A DNA stretch of 64,000 nt from Polyangiaceae bacterium (lineage in GTDB: Bacteria; Myxococcota_A; Polyangia; Polyangiales; Polyangiaceae), in assembly GCA_965222375.1 (NCBI GenBank), contig CBDCTZ010000013.1, positions 736,001 to 800,000 of the forward strand, given 5' to 3'. Position 1 is the first letter of the stretch. Each line of letters begins with the position of its first letter. This document shows positions 29,226 through 39,202 of the stretch, piece by piece. The notes under the pieces were generated by a model. That model worked only from the letters and a program-made list of their open reading frames with translations, was not told the DNA's origin and searched no databases. Both the position numbers and the translations under genes were made by a program.

Positions 29226-29649
29226 CTACGGGCCGCAGTACTCGGTAGCATCCTCGGTGCGTAGCGCGAGCTCGGCGTCGCGATGAACGTCGAACCACGC
29301 TGTACCCAAGTCGATGCTCGAGAGCTCGCCGGTAGTGGCATCTACCAAGAGGGGTGTTCCGGCTTGGATCCTGCCGATGACGTGGTGCTCGCCGTCGCGA
29401 ACGCCCAGCAGCTCCAGGGGCGCCGTGCACTTGCGCCAGGATTCGTGTCCAAAATGGGTGGCGCCGCCGGGTGGAAGCGGATTTGTCGACGTCGAAGACA
29501 TCACGGAATTCGTCGAGGCGCAGCGACAGCACGCGACCCCGGCACAGTACCAAGATCTCATCTTGCCCAAAGAGCGTGTGTACCTTGTCGCTGACCAGAG
29601 CGTCGCACGGCGCATCGGGCTAAGCGACCCACCGGCTACCACCGAGTAG
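29226..29649. pseudogene. Two back-to-back 3' gene remnants; the plus-strand piece resembles a DUF4291 C-terminus
   Basis: Plus: VDVEDITEFVEAQRQH...LILPKERVY to stop 29649. Minus: protein-like C-terminus to stop 29226. Neither has a convincing start. Confidence 0.4.
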
Positions 29650-29686
29650 AACAATTCGGCCACTCCGGCTGTGCTAAACTGGAAAC

Positions 29687-30709
29687 GTGCAAAAGCTCCT
29701 CTCGTTGTGTTTCGTCGCGGTCCTTGGTTGCAGTAGCTCGGGCTCCGGTGGCGGTGGACCTGTCGATGGGGGTGGAGGCGCACAGACCGGCGGCAGCGGC
29801 GGCTCGGGGCTGACGGGCACCGGGGGCGCTGCGACCGGCGGGGCGAATACCGGTGGCGGCGGTGGAGTTGCCACGGGCGGCGTGGGCGGCAGCTTTCCCC
29901 CGGGCTGCGTCACCGACGGAGCCGCGAATGTATGCGCTCGCTGGAAGGCGGACCGGGCAGATCTGAGTGAAGGCACATGGAGCGGCAGCGTTTCGTCCTG
30001 CAATCCCGGGGATATCTCCGCCGAGGGCCGCGCCAACGCCCTCAAGTTGGTGAACCTGTATCGCTACATGACGGGCTTGCCGACGGTCACGACGGATCCG
30101 ACCCGGGACGCCAAGGCGCAAGCCTGTGCCCTGATGATGAAGGCCGAAGGCAAGCTCTCTCATTCGCCCGGCCCGAGTTGGGCTTGCTATAGCGCGGATG
30201 GTGACGAAGCGGCCGGCAAGAGCAACATCTCGAGCGGCCGCGGCGTCGGCGCCGTGGACCGCTACATGCGAGACAACGGCAACCTGACCACCATGGGTCA
30301 CCGTCGTTGGATCATCTCGAATAGCTTGAACAACATCGGGCTGGGTTCGACGGATGGCGCGTCGTGCATGTGGGTCATTGGAGGTGGCGGCAAGGCGCAG
30401 CGCAAGTGGACCGCCTGGCCTCCTGCCGGCGACGTGCCCTTCGAGCACATCGACTACATCAAGGGCACGGGTTGGACCATTCAGAGCAGCGATGTCGATC
30501 TCGACAATGCCAGCGTGAAGATCACCGACGGCGATGGCAACTCAATGCCAGTGACCGTCACCAATCTGCAGCCGAACTTCGGCGCCAAAGACGCGCTGTT
30601 GATCCGCTTGGACGGCTGGCAGGCCCAGGCTGGCAAGGCCTACGCCGTCGAAGTCACCGGAGCGAGTGAGCCCATTTGCTACGTCGTCAACGTCGTCAGC
30701 TGCGGCTAG
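29687..30709 (+). CDS. CAP/SCP domain lipoprotein
   Basis: VLGC lipobox; VNLYRYMTGL, LSH, GHRRWI. Confidence 0.85.
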   Translation: MQKLLSLCFVAVLGCSSSGSGGGGPVDGGGGAQTGGSGGSGLTGTGGAATGGANTGGGGGVATGGVGGSFPPGCVTDGAANVCARWKADRADLSEGTWSGSVSSCNPGDISAEGRANALKLVNLYRYMTGLPTVTTDPTRDAKAQACALMMKAEGKLSHSPGPSWACYSADGDEAAGKSNISSGRGVGAVDRYMRDNGNLTTMGHRRWIISNSLNNIGLGSTDGASCMWVIGGGGKAQRKWTAWPPAGDVPFEHIDYIKGTGWTIQSSDVDLDNASVKITDGDGNSMPVTVTNLQPNFGAKDALLIRLDGWQAQAGKAYAVEVTGASEPICYVVNVVSCG

Positions 30710-30789
30710 TGGCGCCGCGACCAGCGTCAACGTCGTGAGCTGCGGCTAGTGGCGCCGCGACCAGCGTCAACGTCGTGAGCTGCGGCTAG
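30685..30789 (+). repeat. 40-bp tandem repeat (~2.6 copies) duplicating the CAP gene 3' end
   Basis: CGTCAACGTCGTSAGCTGCGGCTAG begins at 30685, 30725 and 30765. Confidence 0.92.
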
Positions 30790-30879
30790 GAGCGCGGAGG
30801 CTAGCGCCCACGGCCTCGGAGCGAAGCGGCGCGACGTCTTCTGGTTTCAACGCGCAAGGAGGCGTTGTAAGCCTGCCCA

Positions 30880-33339
30880 ATGGCTACTCCCCAGATCCCC
30901 GAGCGCGCTCGCGTGATCGTGATTGGCGGCGGCATCATCGGCACGTCGGTTGCGTACCACCTGGCTCATGCCGGCTGGAAAGACGTCGTGCTCCTAGAGC
31001 GGGATCGGCTAACCTCCGGCACGACCTGGCATGCTGCGGGGTTGGTCGTCACCTTCGGTTCCACCAGTGAGACCTCCACCGAGTTCCGCAAATACACCCG
31101 CGACCTGTACACGAGGCTGGAGGCCGAAACCGGGCAGTCCACGGGTTTCAAAGCGACGGGGTTCATCGAGATCGCCGCAGACGCCGACCGCCTGGAGGAG
31201 TACCGACGGGTAGCTGCCTTCAATCGCTACTGCGGCGTGGACGTGCACGAGATATCCGCCGAGGAGGTGGGCGAGCTTTTTCCCCTGGCGCGGACCGATG
31301 ACATCCTCGCCGGTTTCTACGTAGAGGAAGATGGTCGGGCCAACCCCGTGGACGCGACCATGGCCCTGGCCAAGGGCGCCCGCATGCAAGGGGCGAAGCT
31401 GATTGAAGAAGTCGCTGTGACGAAACTGCTGACCAAAGGCGGTGCCGTGACCGGGGTTTCGACAGACCTTGGGGACATCGAAGCCGAGTATGTCGTCAAC
31501 TGCACGGGAATGTGGGCGCGTCAGTTGGGCGGCAAGGCCGGCGTGAAAATTCCGCTGCAAGCCGCCGAGCACTACTATTTGATCACCGAAAAGATCGCCG
31601 ACATGAGCGCCGACTTTCCCGTTCTGGAAGATCCGGCGTCTCACGCTTACTACCGAGAAGAGGTAGGCGGGCTGATGATTGGTCTTTTCGAGCCCATCTG
31701 CGCGCCCTGGAGGGTGGAAGGGATCCCCGACGACTTTTCTTTCGGTGAAATCTCGCCGGACTGGGATCGCATGACGCCGTACCTGCAAACGGCGATGAGT
31801 CGAGTGCCCGTCTCGTTGGAAACCGGCGTCAAGAAGTTCTTCTGCGGCCCGGAAAGCTTCACCCCTGATCTGCAACCCCTCGTGGGTGAAGCGCCGGAGC
31901 TAAGGAACTACTTCGTCGCTGCGGGCCTGAACTCCATCGGCATCATCACAGCTGGCGGAATAGGTCGCATGCTCGCCCATTGGATCATGACGGGCCGCCC
32001 GGACGTCGACGTGAGCTGCATCAATATCGACCGCATGCAAAACTACCAGGTCAATCCCGAATACCTGCGCTCGCGGACCGTCGAGTCCCTCGGCATGGTC
32101 TACCAATGCCACTACCCGACTCGCTCACTTCAGACCGGCCGTGGCGCCAAGAAGTCTCCCTTTCACGACCGCTTGGCTGCGCGAGGCGCGTACTTCAAAG
32201 AGGTCAGTGGTTGGGAGGGTCCCGATTGGTACGCGCCAGCGGGGGTCGAGCCGAAAGTGGAAAAGCTGAGCTGGGGGCGGCACAACTGGTTTCCTTACTG
32301 GGAAGCCGAGCACCGAGCTGCGCGGGCGGGCGTGATCCTGATGGACATGTCCTTCATGAGCAAGTACTTGGTGCAAGGCCGCGACGCAGGTCGGCTCTTG
32401 AACTACATCTCTGCCAACAACGTAGACAACAAGCTGGGGCGCATCACCTACACCCAATGGCTGAACGAGGGCGGTACTCTAGAAGCCGACTTGACGGTGA
32501 CGAAACTCGACCCCGAACGCTACTGGGTGGTGGCCTCGGACACGGTGCGCGGCCACGTGCTGGCCTGGATGAAACGGTACTTCCCCTCGGATGCTCATGT
32601 ATTCGTCACCGACGTCACTTCGGGCTACGGGCAGCTCAACGTGCAGGGGCCGCGATCCCGAGAACTGATGCAAGCCGTCACCAGCGAGGACATGAGTAAC
32701 GAAGCCTATCCCTTTCGCACCGCCCGAGAGATCGACATTGGCTTCGCCCGAGCCCTGTGCGTGCGCATCACCTACCTCGGCGAACTGGGCTATGAGCTGT
32801 ACGTCCCGGCCGATCAGGCCACCCACGTGTACGACCGGATCGTCGCCGCCGGCGAGCCGTTTGGCGTCAAGCACGCTGGGCTCAAGGCGCTCTCGAGCTT
32901 GCGCATGGAAAAGGCCTATCGGGACTACGGTCACGACATCGACAATACCGACACCGTGCTGGAGGCCGGCCTGGGCTTCGCAGTGAGCCTGAAAAAGCCA
33001 GATGGCTTCTTGGGGCGCGAATCCGTGGTCGCACAGAAAGCTGCCGGCCCCCTGCCCCGCCAGCTCCTGCAGGTCAGAGTTCTGGACCCCGAGCCGTTGA
33101 TGTACCACGCGGAAGTCGTCCACCGCAGTGGCAAAGCTGTAGGTTACATTCGTGCGGCGTCCTATGGGCACACCTTGGGCGGTGCCGTGGGTCTGTGCAT
33201 GGTCGAAGCCGGCGAGCCGATTACGAAGGAGTACATCGAAGGCGGACAGTGGCAGGTCGACATCGCTGGCACGCTGTATCCAGCAGCCGTATCAAAGGCT
33301 CCGATGTACGATCCGAAGATGCTGCGCGTGAAAAGCTAG
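30880..33339 (+). CDS. GcvT-family FAD-dependent oxidoreductase (sarcosine/dimethylglycine dehydrogenase-like)
   Basis: GGGIIG, SGTTWHAAG, GPESFTPD, aminomethyltransferase domain (GELGYEL, SLRMEK). Confidence 0.93.
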   Translation: MATPQIPERARVIVIGGGIIGTSVAYHLAHAGWKDVVLLERDRLTSGTTWHAAGLVVTFGSTSETSTEFRKYTRDLYTRLEAETGQSTGFKATGFIEIAADADRLEEYRRVAAFNRYCGVDVHEISAEEVGELFPLARTDDILAGFYVEEDGRANPVDATMALAKGARMQGAKLIEEVAVTKLLTKGGAVTGVSTDLGDIEAEYVVNCTGMWARQLGGKAGVKIPLQAAEHYYLITEKIADMSADFPVLEDPASHAYYREEVGGLMIGLFEPICAPWRVEGIPDDFSFGEISPDWDRMTPYLQTAMSRVPVSLETGVKKFFCGPESFTPDLQPLVGEAPELRNYFVAAGLNSIGIITAGGIGRMLAHWIMTGRPDVDVSCINIDRMQNYQVNPEYLRSRTVESLGMVYQCHYPTRSLQTGRGAKKSPFHDRLAARGAYFKEVSGWEGPDWYAPAGVEPKVEKLSWGRHNWFPYWEAEHRAARAGVILMDMSFMSKYLVQGRDAGRLLNYISANNVDNKLGRITYTQWLNEGGTLEADLTVTKLDPERYWVVASDTVRGHVLAWMKRYFPSDAHVFVTDVTSGYGQLNVQGPRSRELMQAVTSEDMSNEAYPFRTAREIDIGFARALCVRITYLGELGYELYVPADQATHVYDRIVAAGEPFGVKHAGLKALSSLRMEKAYRDYGHDIDNTDTVLEAGLGFAVSLKKPDGFLGRESVVAQKAAGPLPRQLLQVRVLDPEPLMYHAEVVHRSGKAVGYIRAASYGHTLGGAVGLCMVEAGEPITKEYIEGGQWQVDIAGTLYPAAVSKAPMYDPKMLRVKS

Positions 33340-33416
33340 CCCGGCTTTGGCCGGTTGGACACACCGATAAAGTCCGTCTAAGAACTTTGGTGGCGCCCAA
33401 TTGGCGCTTCTTCACC

Positions 33417-36400
33417 ATGCTAGCTCTCGGCATAGATTTGGGCACCGCCTACGCGCGAGCGGCGGTGTTCGGGGATCGCGGCGGGCAGCTACTGCAGTTT
33501 CCAGACGGTGCGCACTGCGTTCCAGCGGTCGTTGCCCTCGGCAAGGGCAGCGAGCGTGTGGGGCGCACCGCCCTGGCACGGGCCACGACACATCCGGAGC
33601 AAGCCGTTCGTGGCATCAAGCGGCTGCTCGGCCGCAGCGCGGATGACAAGGTACTGCAACGGGTCATGCAGGGCGCCGCCTACTCCGTCGCTGACGCGGC
33701 GCACGGTTCGACACTGCTGCGCCTCGGCAGCGAGAGCTTCGAATGCGAGAAAGTAGCGTCCGTTCTCTTGGACCATTTGGCCGAGGTTGCGACCCAGGTA
33801 GCCGGAAAGCGGCCGAGCAAGGTCGTCTTGACCACTCCCTATTGGTATGGCGCGCGTCAACGCGACGCCCTCAAGCGGGCGGCAACTCAGGCGAACCTCT
33901 CGGTCCTGCAGGTCATCAGCGAAGGTACAGCGACCGCCCTGTCACTGCTCGATGCCGAGCCAGAAACGCGACAGGTCGCAATTGTCGACGTCGGCGCGGG
34001 TGGTTGTAGTGCTTCCATTCTCGAGATGGGCCAGTCTCGCATTCGTTTGATCGCCAGTGGCGGGGACCCCCTGGGCGGTGGCGAAGACGTGGACCAGGGG
34101 CTTGTACGCGCGGTGCTGAAGGGGGTTCGGGCCAAGGTGGGTGAGTTCCCAGACAGTCCGGCTGTCTCAGAAATGGTGCGGCAAGTGTGCGAAGTGGCCA
34201 AGCGAGACATCAGCGACGCCGCACAGGTTGCCGCAGTCATCCCGTTCTTGCCCATTGGCAGCGGCGTGTTCAATCAGCAGGTGCGAATCGACCGCAGCAG
34301 CGTGGAGCAGCTGATGCAGGATACGACGCTGCGCATCGGCGCGGCGTGTCAAACGGCGCTTTCCGACAGTGGCCTGGACAAGAGCGAGCTGGACGCCGTT
34401 TACGCCACAGGGGGCATGGCACGCCTGCCGGCCGTCCGCGCGTGCATCACCGAAGTGCTGGGCGAGATTGCGTCGCGTCGGCTCGACCCTGACGGCTCGG
34501 TCGCTCTAGGCGCAGCTTATCAGGCCGGCATGTTGCTCGGGGCTGTCGACAGCATCCCCGTCATCGACGTGCAGACAACGCTTTCGGTACCGCCAGCCGC
34601 ACCCGGTGAGGCGGCTTCAGTACCGCCGGCTCCGGTGGTGACCGCGCCGCCACCAGCCAAGGCGAAGCCTCGAGCGTCCAAAGTGGACGCCGGTGCGTTT
34701 CGGGTTGAGCTCGCTGGACTGCTAGCGTCCCTTCGCGCAGGCGCCTTGACGGGAGGTGGCCAGAAAGCAACGGGGCCCCGCACGCTGTCGCGCGCCAATG
34801 ACGTCGAAGAAGGCGACGCCGATGACTCGCCCGAAGCGCAAAGTGCCGCAGTCGAGCACCTGCACGGTGTCTGGAAGCACCTGGCCTTGACGATGCAGAC
34901 CGCGCGCCAGTACCAATGGGAGCACCCGCAAACCAAAGGTGCACTCGAGCAAGCCCGAACGGCCATCGAAGCTGCGGCGGAAGCTTCGGAGTATGCCGTG
35001 CGCTGGGACATTCGATCGACCCGCTTCTCTTTCAAGGGACAAGAGGTCTGGAAGCCAGACAGGCCGCCCTACGACCGAATCCCCCACGAGCTCTTTGCCG
35101 ACGGCGTGCGCAAGCTCCAATTGCGCGCGGGAATCACTCGGGCGGAGTTGCGCCAGCTGTTGGGCGTATTGATGCGCGATCCGGCGGTCGGATTTGGCCC
35201 TGACGACGACGCCGCGACGGCCTTGTGGGACAGCAAGTTCGATCACGTGGGCTACCTGGCTGTGGACGCTTTCTCGGAGGCCGACGACCTCGAATTCGAA
35301 GAGCAGCGCGACGAGCTAGCCAAGCAACTCGCAAAGATGGCGCAGCTGGATGACGACTCGGATTCCGCCCTGGGCGGTTACGCTGCGGCCCAGCGCGAGA
35401 TCGCGCCGCAGGTGGACTCTGCCATGCTGCAGCCCGAGACCCGAGAGGCAATCGAAGCGCGCATCGACCCCGGAAAGTCGGGGTGGTTCGCAACCTTTTC
35501 CAGGAGCTTCGCGCACAGTTACGCCGCAGCGGCGAAGCTGGACGGCGGAGGGCGGCTTGTGGCTTCCGTCAAGCAGTACGCGGCGGAACAGTTCGACGCC
35601 AAGAACCCTGCCAGTGTCTTCGATGCGTTGACAGCGTTGAGCGACGGCTTTGAACACGACTTTGGCGGTGCGGCGGCAGCCGCGTTTCGAAGCAAGCTGG
35701 TCGGTCAGATCTTCAGCGCGGAGCGACTGCAGGCCCTGTTCGAGATGTTGCAGGAGGCCCGTGCTCTGGACGAGCAACTGCTCGCGTCGTTTCGGACGCA
35801 TTTGACGGACGTTTCCGACGCGCGCTTCGTCAAACCCGCAGTGGACCTCTATGCGAGCCTGCGCCCAGAGCTGCAAGAGGTGCTTGATGACTACCTAGCG
35901 AACCACGTTGCTGGCAACGAGGACGCCATCGGGCAGCTGCTGGCCGTAGCTTCTGCGAGCACCGCCCATCGCTTTCTCAAACTGCTCCATGCGGTGCCTA
36001 CGAACGCGGCGAAAGTCGCACTCCAGCGCGCTCTGGTATCGCCGCACCCTGAAGTTCGCATTCAGGCCCTGGTTTGCCTACCCAACGAATCGTCGGAGCG
36101 CCTGTACGAGGACGTGCGACGGGTCCTGGAAGATCCCGAACCCACGGTACGGGACCGTGCTTTGCAGGTGATCGTCGAGCATGCAATCGTGTCCGCCGGC
36201 CCTGCGCTGATGCAGCGAGCTCGCAGCGAGGATTTCCACAAGCTATCGCTGCGGGAGCGGCGCTTGATCCTCGAAGCCATCGCCGCCTTGAATCAGGAGC
36301 GAGCAGAGAGCTTGGGCCTCGAGCTTCTGGAACGCCAAAGCCTGATCGGGTCTGAGGACTTGGAGCTGTCTCGGGCCTTGGCTGCGGAGTTCTTGAGCAA

Positions 36401-36563
36401 ATTCGATTCCGAACGTGTGCTGACGGCTCTGCGCAAAGTCGCCAAGAAGCGCTGGTTCGGCTCGTCTCCGGTGCAAGAGGCGGCGGAGCAAGCCGTTTCC
36501 GGCATCGAAACCCGTCGTTCCAAGCCCGCGCCGCGCAAGCCGCGAAAAGGCAACCTGCGATGA
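33417..36563 (+). CDS. Hsp70-like nucleotide-binding domain fused to a helical/HEAT-repeat region
   Basis: GIDLGT, IKRLLGR, LGGGEDVD, TGGMARLP; C-terminal HEAT-like repeats (HPEVRIQAL, DPEPTVRDRAL). Confidence 0.82.
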   Translation: MLALGIDLGTAYARAAVFGDRGGQLLQFPDGAHCVPAVVALGKGSERVGRTALARATTHPEQAVRGIKRLLGRSADDKVLQRVMQGAAYSVADAAHGSTLLRLGSESFECEKVASVLLDHLAEVATQVAGKRPSKVVLTTPYWYGARQRDALKRAATQANLSVLQVISEGTATALSLLDAEPETRQVAIVDVGAGGCSASILEMGQSRIRLIASGGDPLGGGEDVDQGLVRAVLKGVRAKVGEFPDSPAVSEMVRQVCEVAKRDISDAAQVAAVIPFLPIGSGVFNQQVRIDRSSVEQLMQDTTLRIGAACQTALSDSGLDKSELDAVYATGGMARLPAVRACITEVLGEIASRRLDPDGSVALGAAYQAGMLLGAVDSIPVIDVQTTLSVPPAAPGEAASVPPAPVVTAPPPAKAKPRASKVDAGAFRVELAGLLASLRAGALTGGGQKATGPRTLSRANDVEEGDADDSPEAQSAAVEHLHGVWKHLALTMQTARQYQWEHPQTKGALEQARTAIEAAAEASEYAVRWDIRSTRFSFKGQEVWKPDRPPYDRIPHELFADGVRKLQLRAGITRAELRQLLGVLMRDPAVGFGPDDDAATALWDSKFDHVGYLAVDAFSEADDLEFEEQRDELAKQLAKMAQLDDDSDSALGGYAAAQREIAPQVDSAMLQPETREAIEARIDPGKSGWFATFSRSFAHSYAAAAKLDGGGRLVASVKQYAAEQFDAKNPASVFDALTALSDGFEHDFGGAAAAAFRSKLVGQIFSAERLQALFEMLQEARALDEQLLASFRTHLTDVSDARFVKPAVDLYASLRPELQEVLDDYLANHVAGNEDAIGQLLAVASASTAHRFLKLLHAVPTNAAKVALQRALVSPHPEVRIQALVCLPNESSERLYEDVRRVLEDPEPTVRDRALQVIVEHAIVSAGPALMQRARSEDFHKLSLRERRLILEAIAALNQERAESLGLELLERQSLIGSEDLELSRALAAEFLSKFDSERVLTALRKVAKKRWFGSSPVQEAAEQAVSGIETRRSKPAPRKPRKGNLR

Positions 36564-37906
36564 CGGTCCGGCAAGACAGCGAAGAGCTCCGCGCCCGGCG
36601 TCGCAACGCGCCGGTGGAGGTCGTACTGGCGTGCTTTCGCCTGGCCAAAGCTTGCCAAATCCACGACGACTCCAACCAGACGGTCCAGCAACTCATTCCT
36701 GATGTCGTAAGCGCGGTGCGCGAGTGCTGCGAACTCGCCGCAGCGGAGAGCGTTCGAATCATGTTCTCCACCGAAGTCGTGTTCATCAACCGCAGGCTCA
36801 TGCGGGCCCCCCGAGAGACCTACGCAATCGCTCTGCAATTGGGGGAACTGCTCGCCCACGCCGACGCCAACGAGGTGGCATTTGAGCGGCGCCTCGAGCC
36901 TGCGGCCGCTCTTTCCTTCGCCCGGCTCATCGTGGACGCCCAACGCAGTCCCGACGCGGCGAGACAGCTGACGCAAACCGAGATTCGTGGCGTGAGCGTG
37001 CGCAAGGTTCCAGAAGCCGACGAGCTGGAGATGGAGCGCAAAGACAGCCCGACCGCAAAGATCGTGAAGGCCTACGCGGCATCCATCTTGATACTGCAAG
37101 CCTTCTACCGCGACCTCGCGTCGGGTAGCGGCGCCAATCCTCAAGCGCTGAAGCGGATTGCTCAGAAACTGGTCGGGCTCGCGGAGCGCTATCCCGAGCT
37201 GCTGGTGGCAACGGCGGCGGCGCCCCCGGCGGACGCGGCTCCCGCGCGCCGGGCGGTGAGCAGTGCCGTACTGGCCATCGCCATGGTTCGCAAGCTCTCG
37301 GCGGACCGAGCGCTATCAACCAGTGTGGCGCAGAGCGCGCTGCTGGTGGATCTGGGCGTCACGCTTGCCGGGAACGAAGAAAACGCTCGCGTTCGGGCTG
37401 GCGTCGCGCTGGCGTACTTGCTGGAAACTGGTGGGTTGCACCCACCGTCACTCCGGCGCAGTGCCGTGGCGCACCAAGCCCTCTCCGGGGACGCCTGCGA
37501 TCCTGAGCACGCACTCGTCCTGGCCCAGATCCTCCGCATCGCCACGCGATTCAACGAATTGCGCTCACCCGGAGGTCCTGCGAGCGTCGGTAGCCTGGAT
37601 GGCGCCATCGAACAGCTGCAAGCCGAGTGCCCCACGATGGATCAACCCTTCGTGCGGCTCCTCGTGGGCGCCTTGGGACTGATTCCCGACGGCACCTTCG
37701 TGGAACTGTCGACAGGCGAAGTAGCCGTGGTCACCGGTGTGCCACGCCAGGCACTGGATTTCGCCAGACCGCGAGTCCGTCTGCTCACCGATCCAAAACA
37801 CACCCCACTGACGTCACCGGTGGAGGTCGATCTGGCGCGGCCCGGCGCGGAACAGCCGGAGCGCGCGGTCAAACGCGCGCTCGTGGGCGCGGGGCTCACC
37901 CCCTGA
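36560..37906 (+). CDS. Degenerate HD-GYP-like protein
   Basis: C-terminal LGLIPDGTFVELSTGEVAVV...RP tail typical of HD-GYP proteins; HD and GYP motifs absent; ATGA overlap with the upstream gene. Confidence 0.6.
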   Translation: MTVRQDSEELRARRRNAPVEVVLACFRLAKACQIHDDSNQTVQQLIPDVVSAVRECCELAAAESVRIMFSTEVVFINRRLMRAPRETYAIALQLGELLAHADANEVAFERRLEPAAALSFARLIVDAQRSPDAARQLTQTEIRGVSVRKVPEADELEMERKDSPTAKIVKAYAASILILQAFYRDLASGSGANPQALKRIAQKLVGLAERYPELLVATAAAPPADAAPARRAVSSAVLAIAMVRKLSADRALSTSVAQSALLVDLGVTLAGNEENARVRAGVALAYLLETGGLHPPSLRRSAVAHQALSGDACDPEHALVLAQILRIATRFNELRSPGGPASVGSLDGAIEQLQAECPTMDQPFVRLLVGALGLIPDGTFVELSTGEVAVVTGVPRQALDFARPRVRLLTDPKHTPLTSPVEVDLARPGAEQPERAVKRALVGAGLTP

Positions 37907-37985
37907 GCCAACCGAGATCTGAACGTTTGGTGGCATCTCGCGCCCCCATGATCGTGCGAATCATCGGCGCAGAGGCTCGGAAGTC

Positions 37986-38117
37986 ATGAAGCTGCCAGCG
38001 GCGGGCGGAACGCTAGTTAGCTTGACCACCGGCAAGTCCTTCGTGGAACAGCTGGAAGTGGACGCTACGCACGTCTACTTCCGCACGATGTTCTCGCTGC
38101 AACGCACGGCGAAGTAG
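37986..38117 (+). pseudogene. C-terminal fragment of a beta-propeller protein
   Basis: MKLPAAGG...LEVDATHVYF...LQRTAK* parallels the end of 41920..43077 (LAIDVTHVYY...VYRTLK). Confidence 0.5.
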
Positions 38118-38249
38118 AGCGCGTAAGCTTCGCATTGCGAGGCGAAGCCGCCTTCGCGCTCGGCGCCTTGAGACAGGACATTTCTTCCGAACAAGTGAGG
38201 AATGTGACGGGCTTGGTTGCCGGGCACGCGCATTGCTCCGCTAGCGACA

Positions 38250-38861
38250 ATGCAGAAACTCAAGAGCGCCACGGGGCTGGCGTTGTGCCTGGGGTTTGTC
38301 TCGCACTGGGCGCAAGCGGGTCAACCGCGAGACGAAACGGGAGGCGCCCAGGGCGCCTGCGGTGACACCGAGGACACACGCGAAGTCTGCGAGCAGCACG
38401 ATATCTTCTTCATGCCCGGGGTGACGGCCGTCGGCTTCATGCCAGCGGCCAATTCGTCGGATCCTTTCATCGGCGGCGCCGTGCAGCTGACGCCATTCCG
38501 CTGGTCCCACAACAACGACAACTTCGGTCCCAGTCAGGGCGCGGTGTTCGTGCAAGCGTCCATCCTGAGATCCCCTGAAAGCGATGCGACGCTCTCCCTC
38601 TTCGATCTCGGCTACACGCTGTCCCTAGAACGCAACTCCAGCCGGCGCTTCCTGATCCCCTTTTTCGGGGGAACGGTTGGCGGCCTGGCCCACGAAGAGC
38701 TCGGCAACTCCGGCTACACCTACCAGTTCGCGGGAGCGCACCTGTATTGGCACCACAACTTCGTGGTCAGTGTCGAGGGCGGCTACCAGTTTCCCTTCGA
38801 AAACGTCGACGTCGTCCGCGGGCCCCGCGCTCAATTCTCCGCCGGGTTCTCGATGTGGTGA
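38250..38861 (+). CDS. Exported protein, probable small outer-membrane beta-barrel
   Basis: Signal peptide (AQA), alternating beta pattern, C-terminal FSMW. Confidence 0.6.
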   Translation: MQKLKSATGLALCLGFVSHWAQAGQPRDETGGAQGACGDTEDTREVCEQHDIFFMPGVTAVGFMPAANSSDPFIGGAVQLTPFRWSHNNDNFGPSQGAVFVQASILRSPESDATLSLFDLGYTLSLERNSSRRFLIPFFGGTVGGLAHEELGNSGYTYQFAGAHLYWHHNFVVSVEGGYQFPFENVDVVRGPRAQFSAGFSMW

Positions 38862-39202
38862 CGGGCCGCCCATTGACCAGAGCTACGCAACGACCGCCGC
38901 CCGGCATTCTGTACGTCTACTCCTGAAACTGAGTTGCCCAAGCAGAAGTCACGTAACTGTGCGACGCTGGGGTCGAACTGACTCACCACACTGCCCGCCC
39001 CAGCGAGGGGCGGGCGATCTTGGGGACTTTCTGTTTTGGGGTCGCGGCGATGGGGCGGCGCTTTTGCACGACTCTCTCGCTTGCTCCCGAGGCGCGGCTT
39101 GGTGTGGAGGAGCGAGATTAGGGCACCAAGTCGGCGCAGCGCTCGACCCCAAAACCCAAGGCCAGACGTGCGCGCAAGGCAGAGGTGCACGAAAAAGTTG
39201 GC

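Noticed and set aside
26278..29650. tRNA-anchored genomic island
   Set aside because: No integrase, and no duplicated tRNA 3' end seen.
30685..30789. CRISPR array
   Set aside because: The intervening sequences are identical, so it is a tandem repeat.
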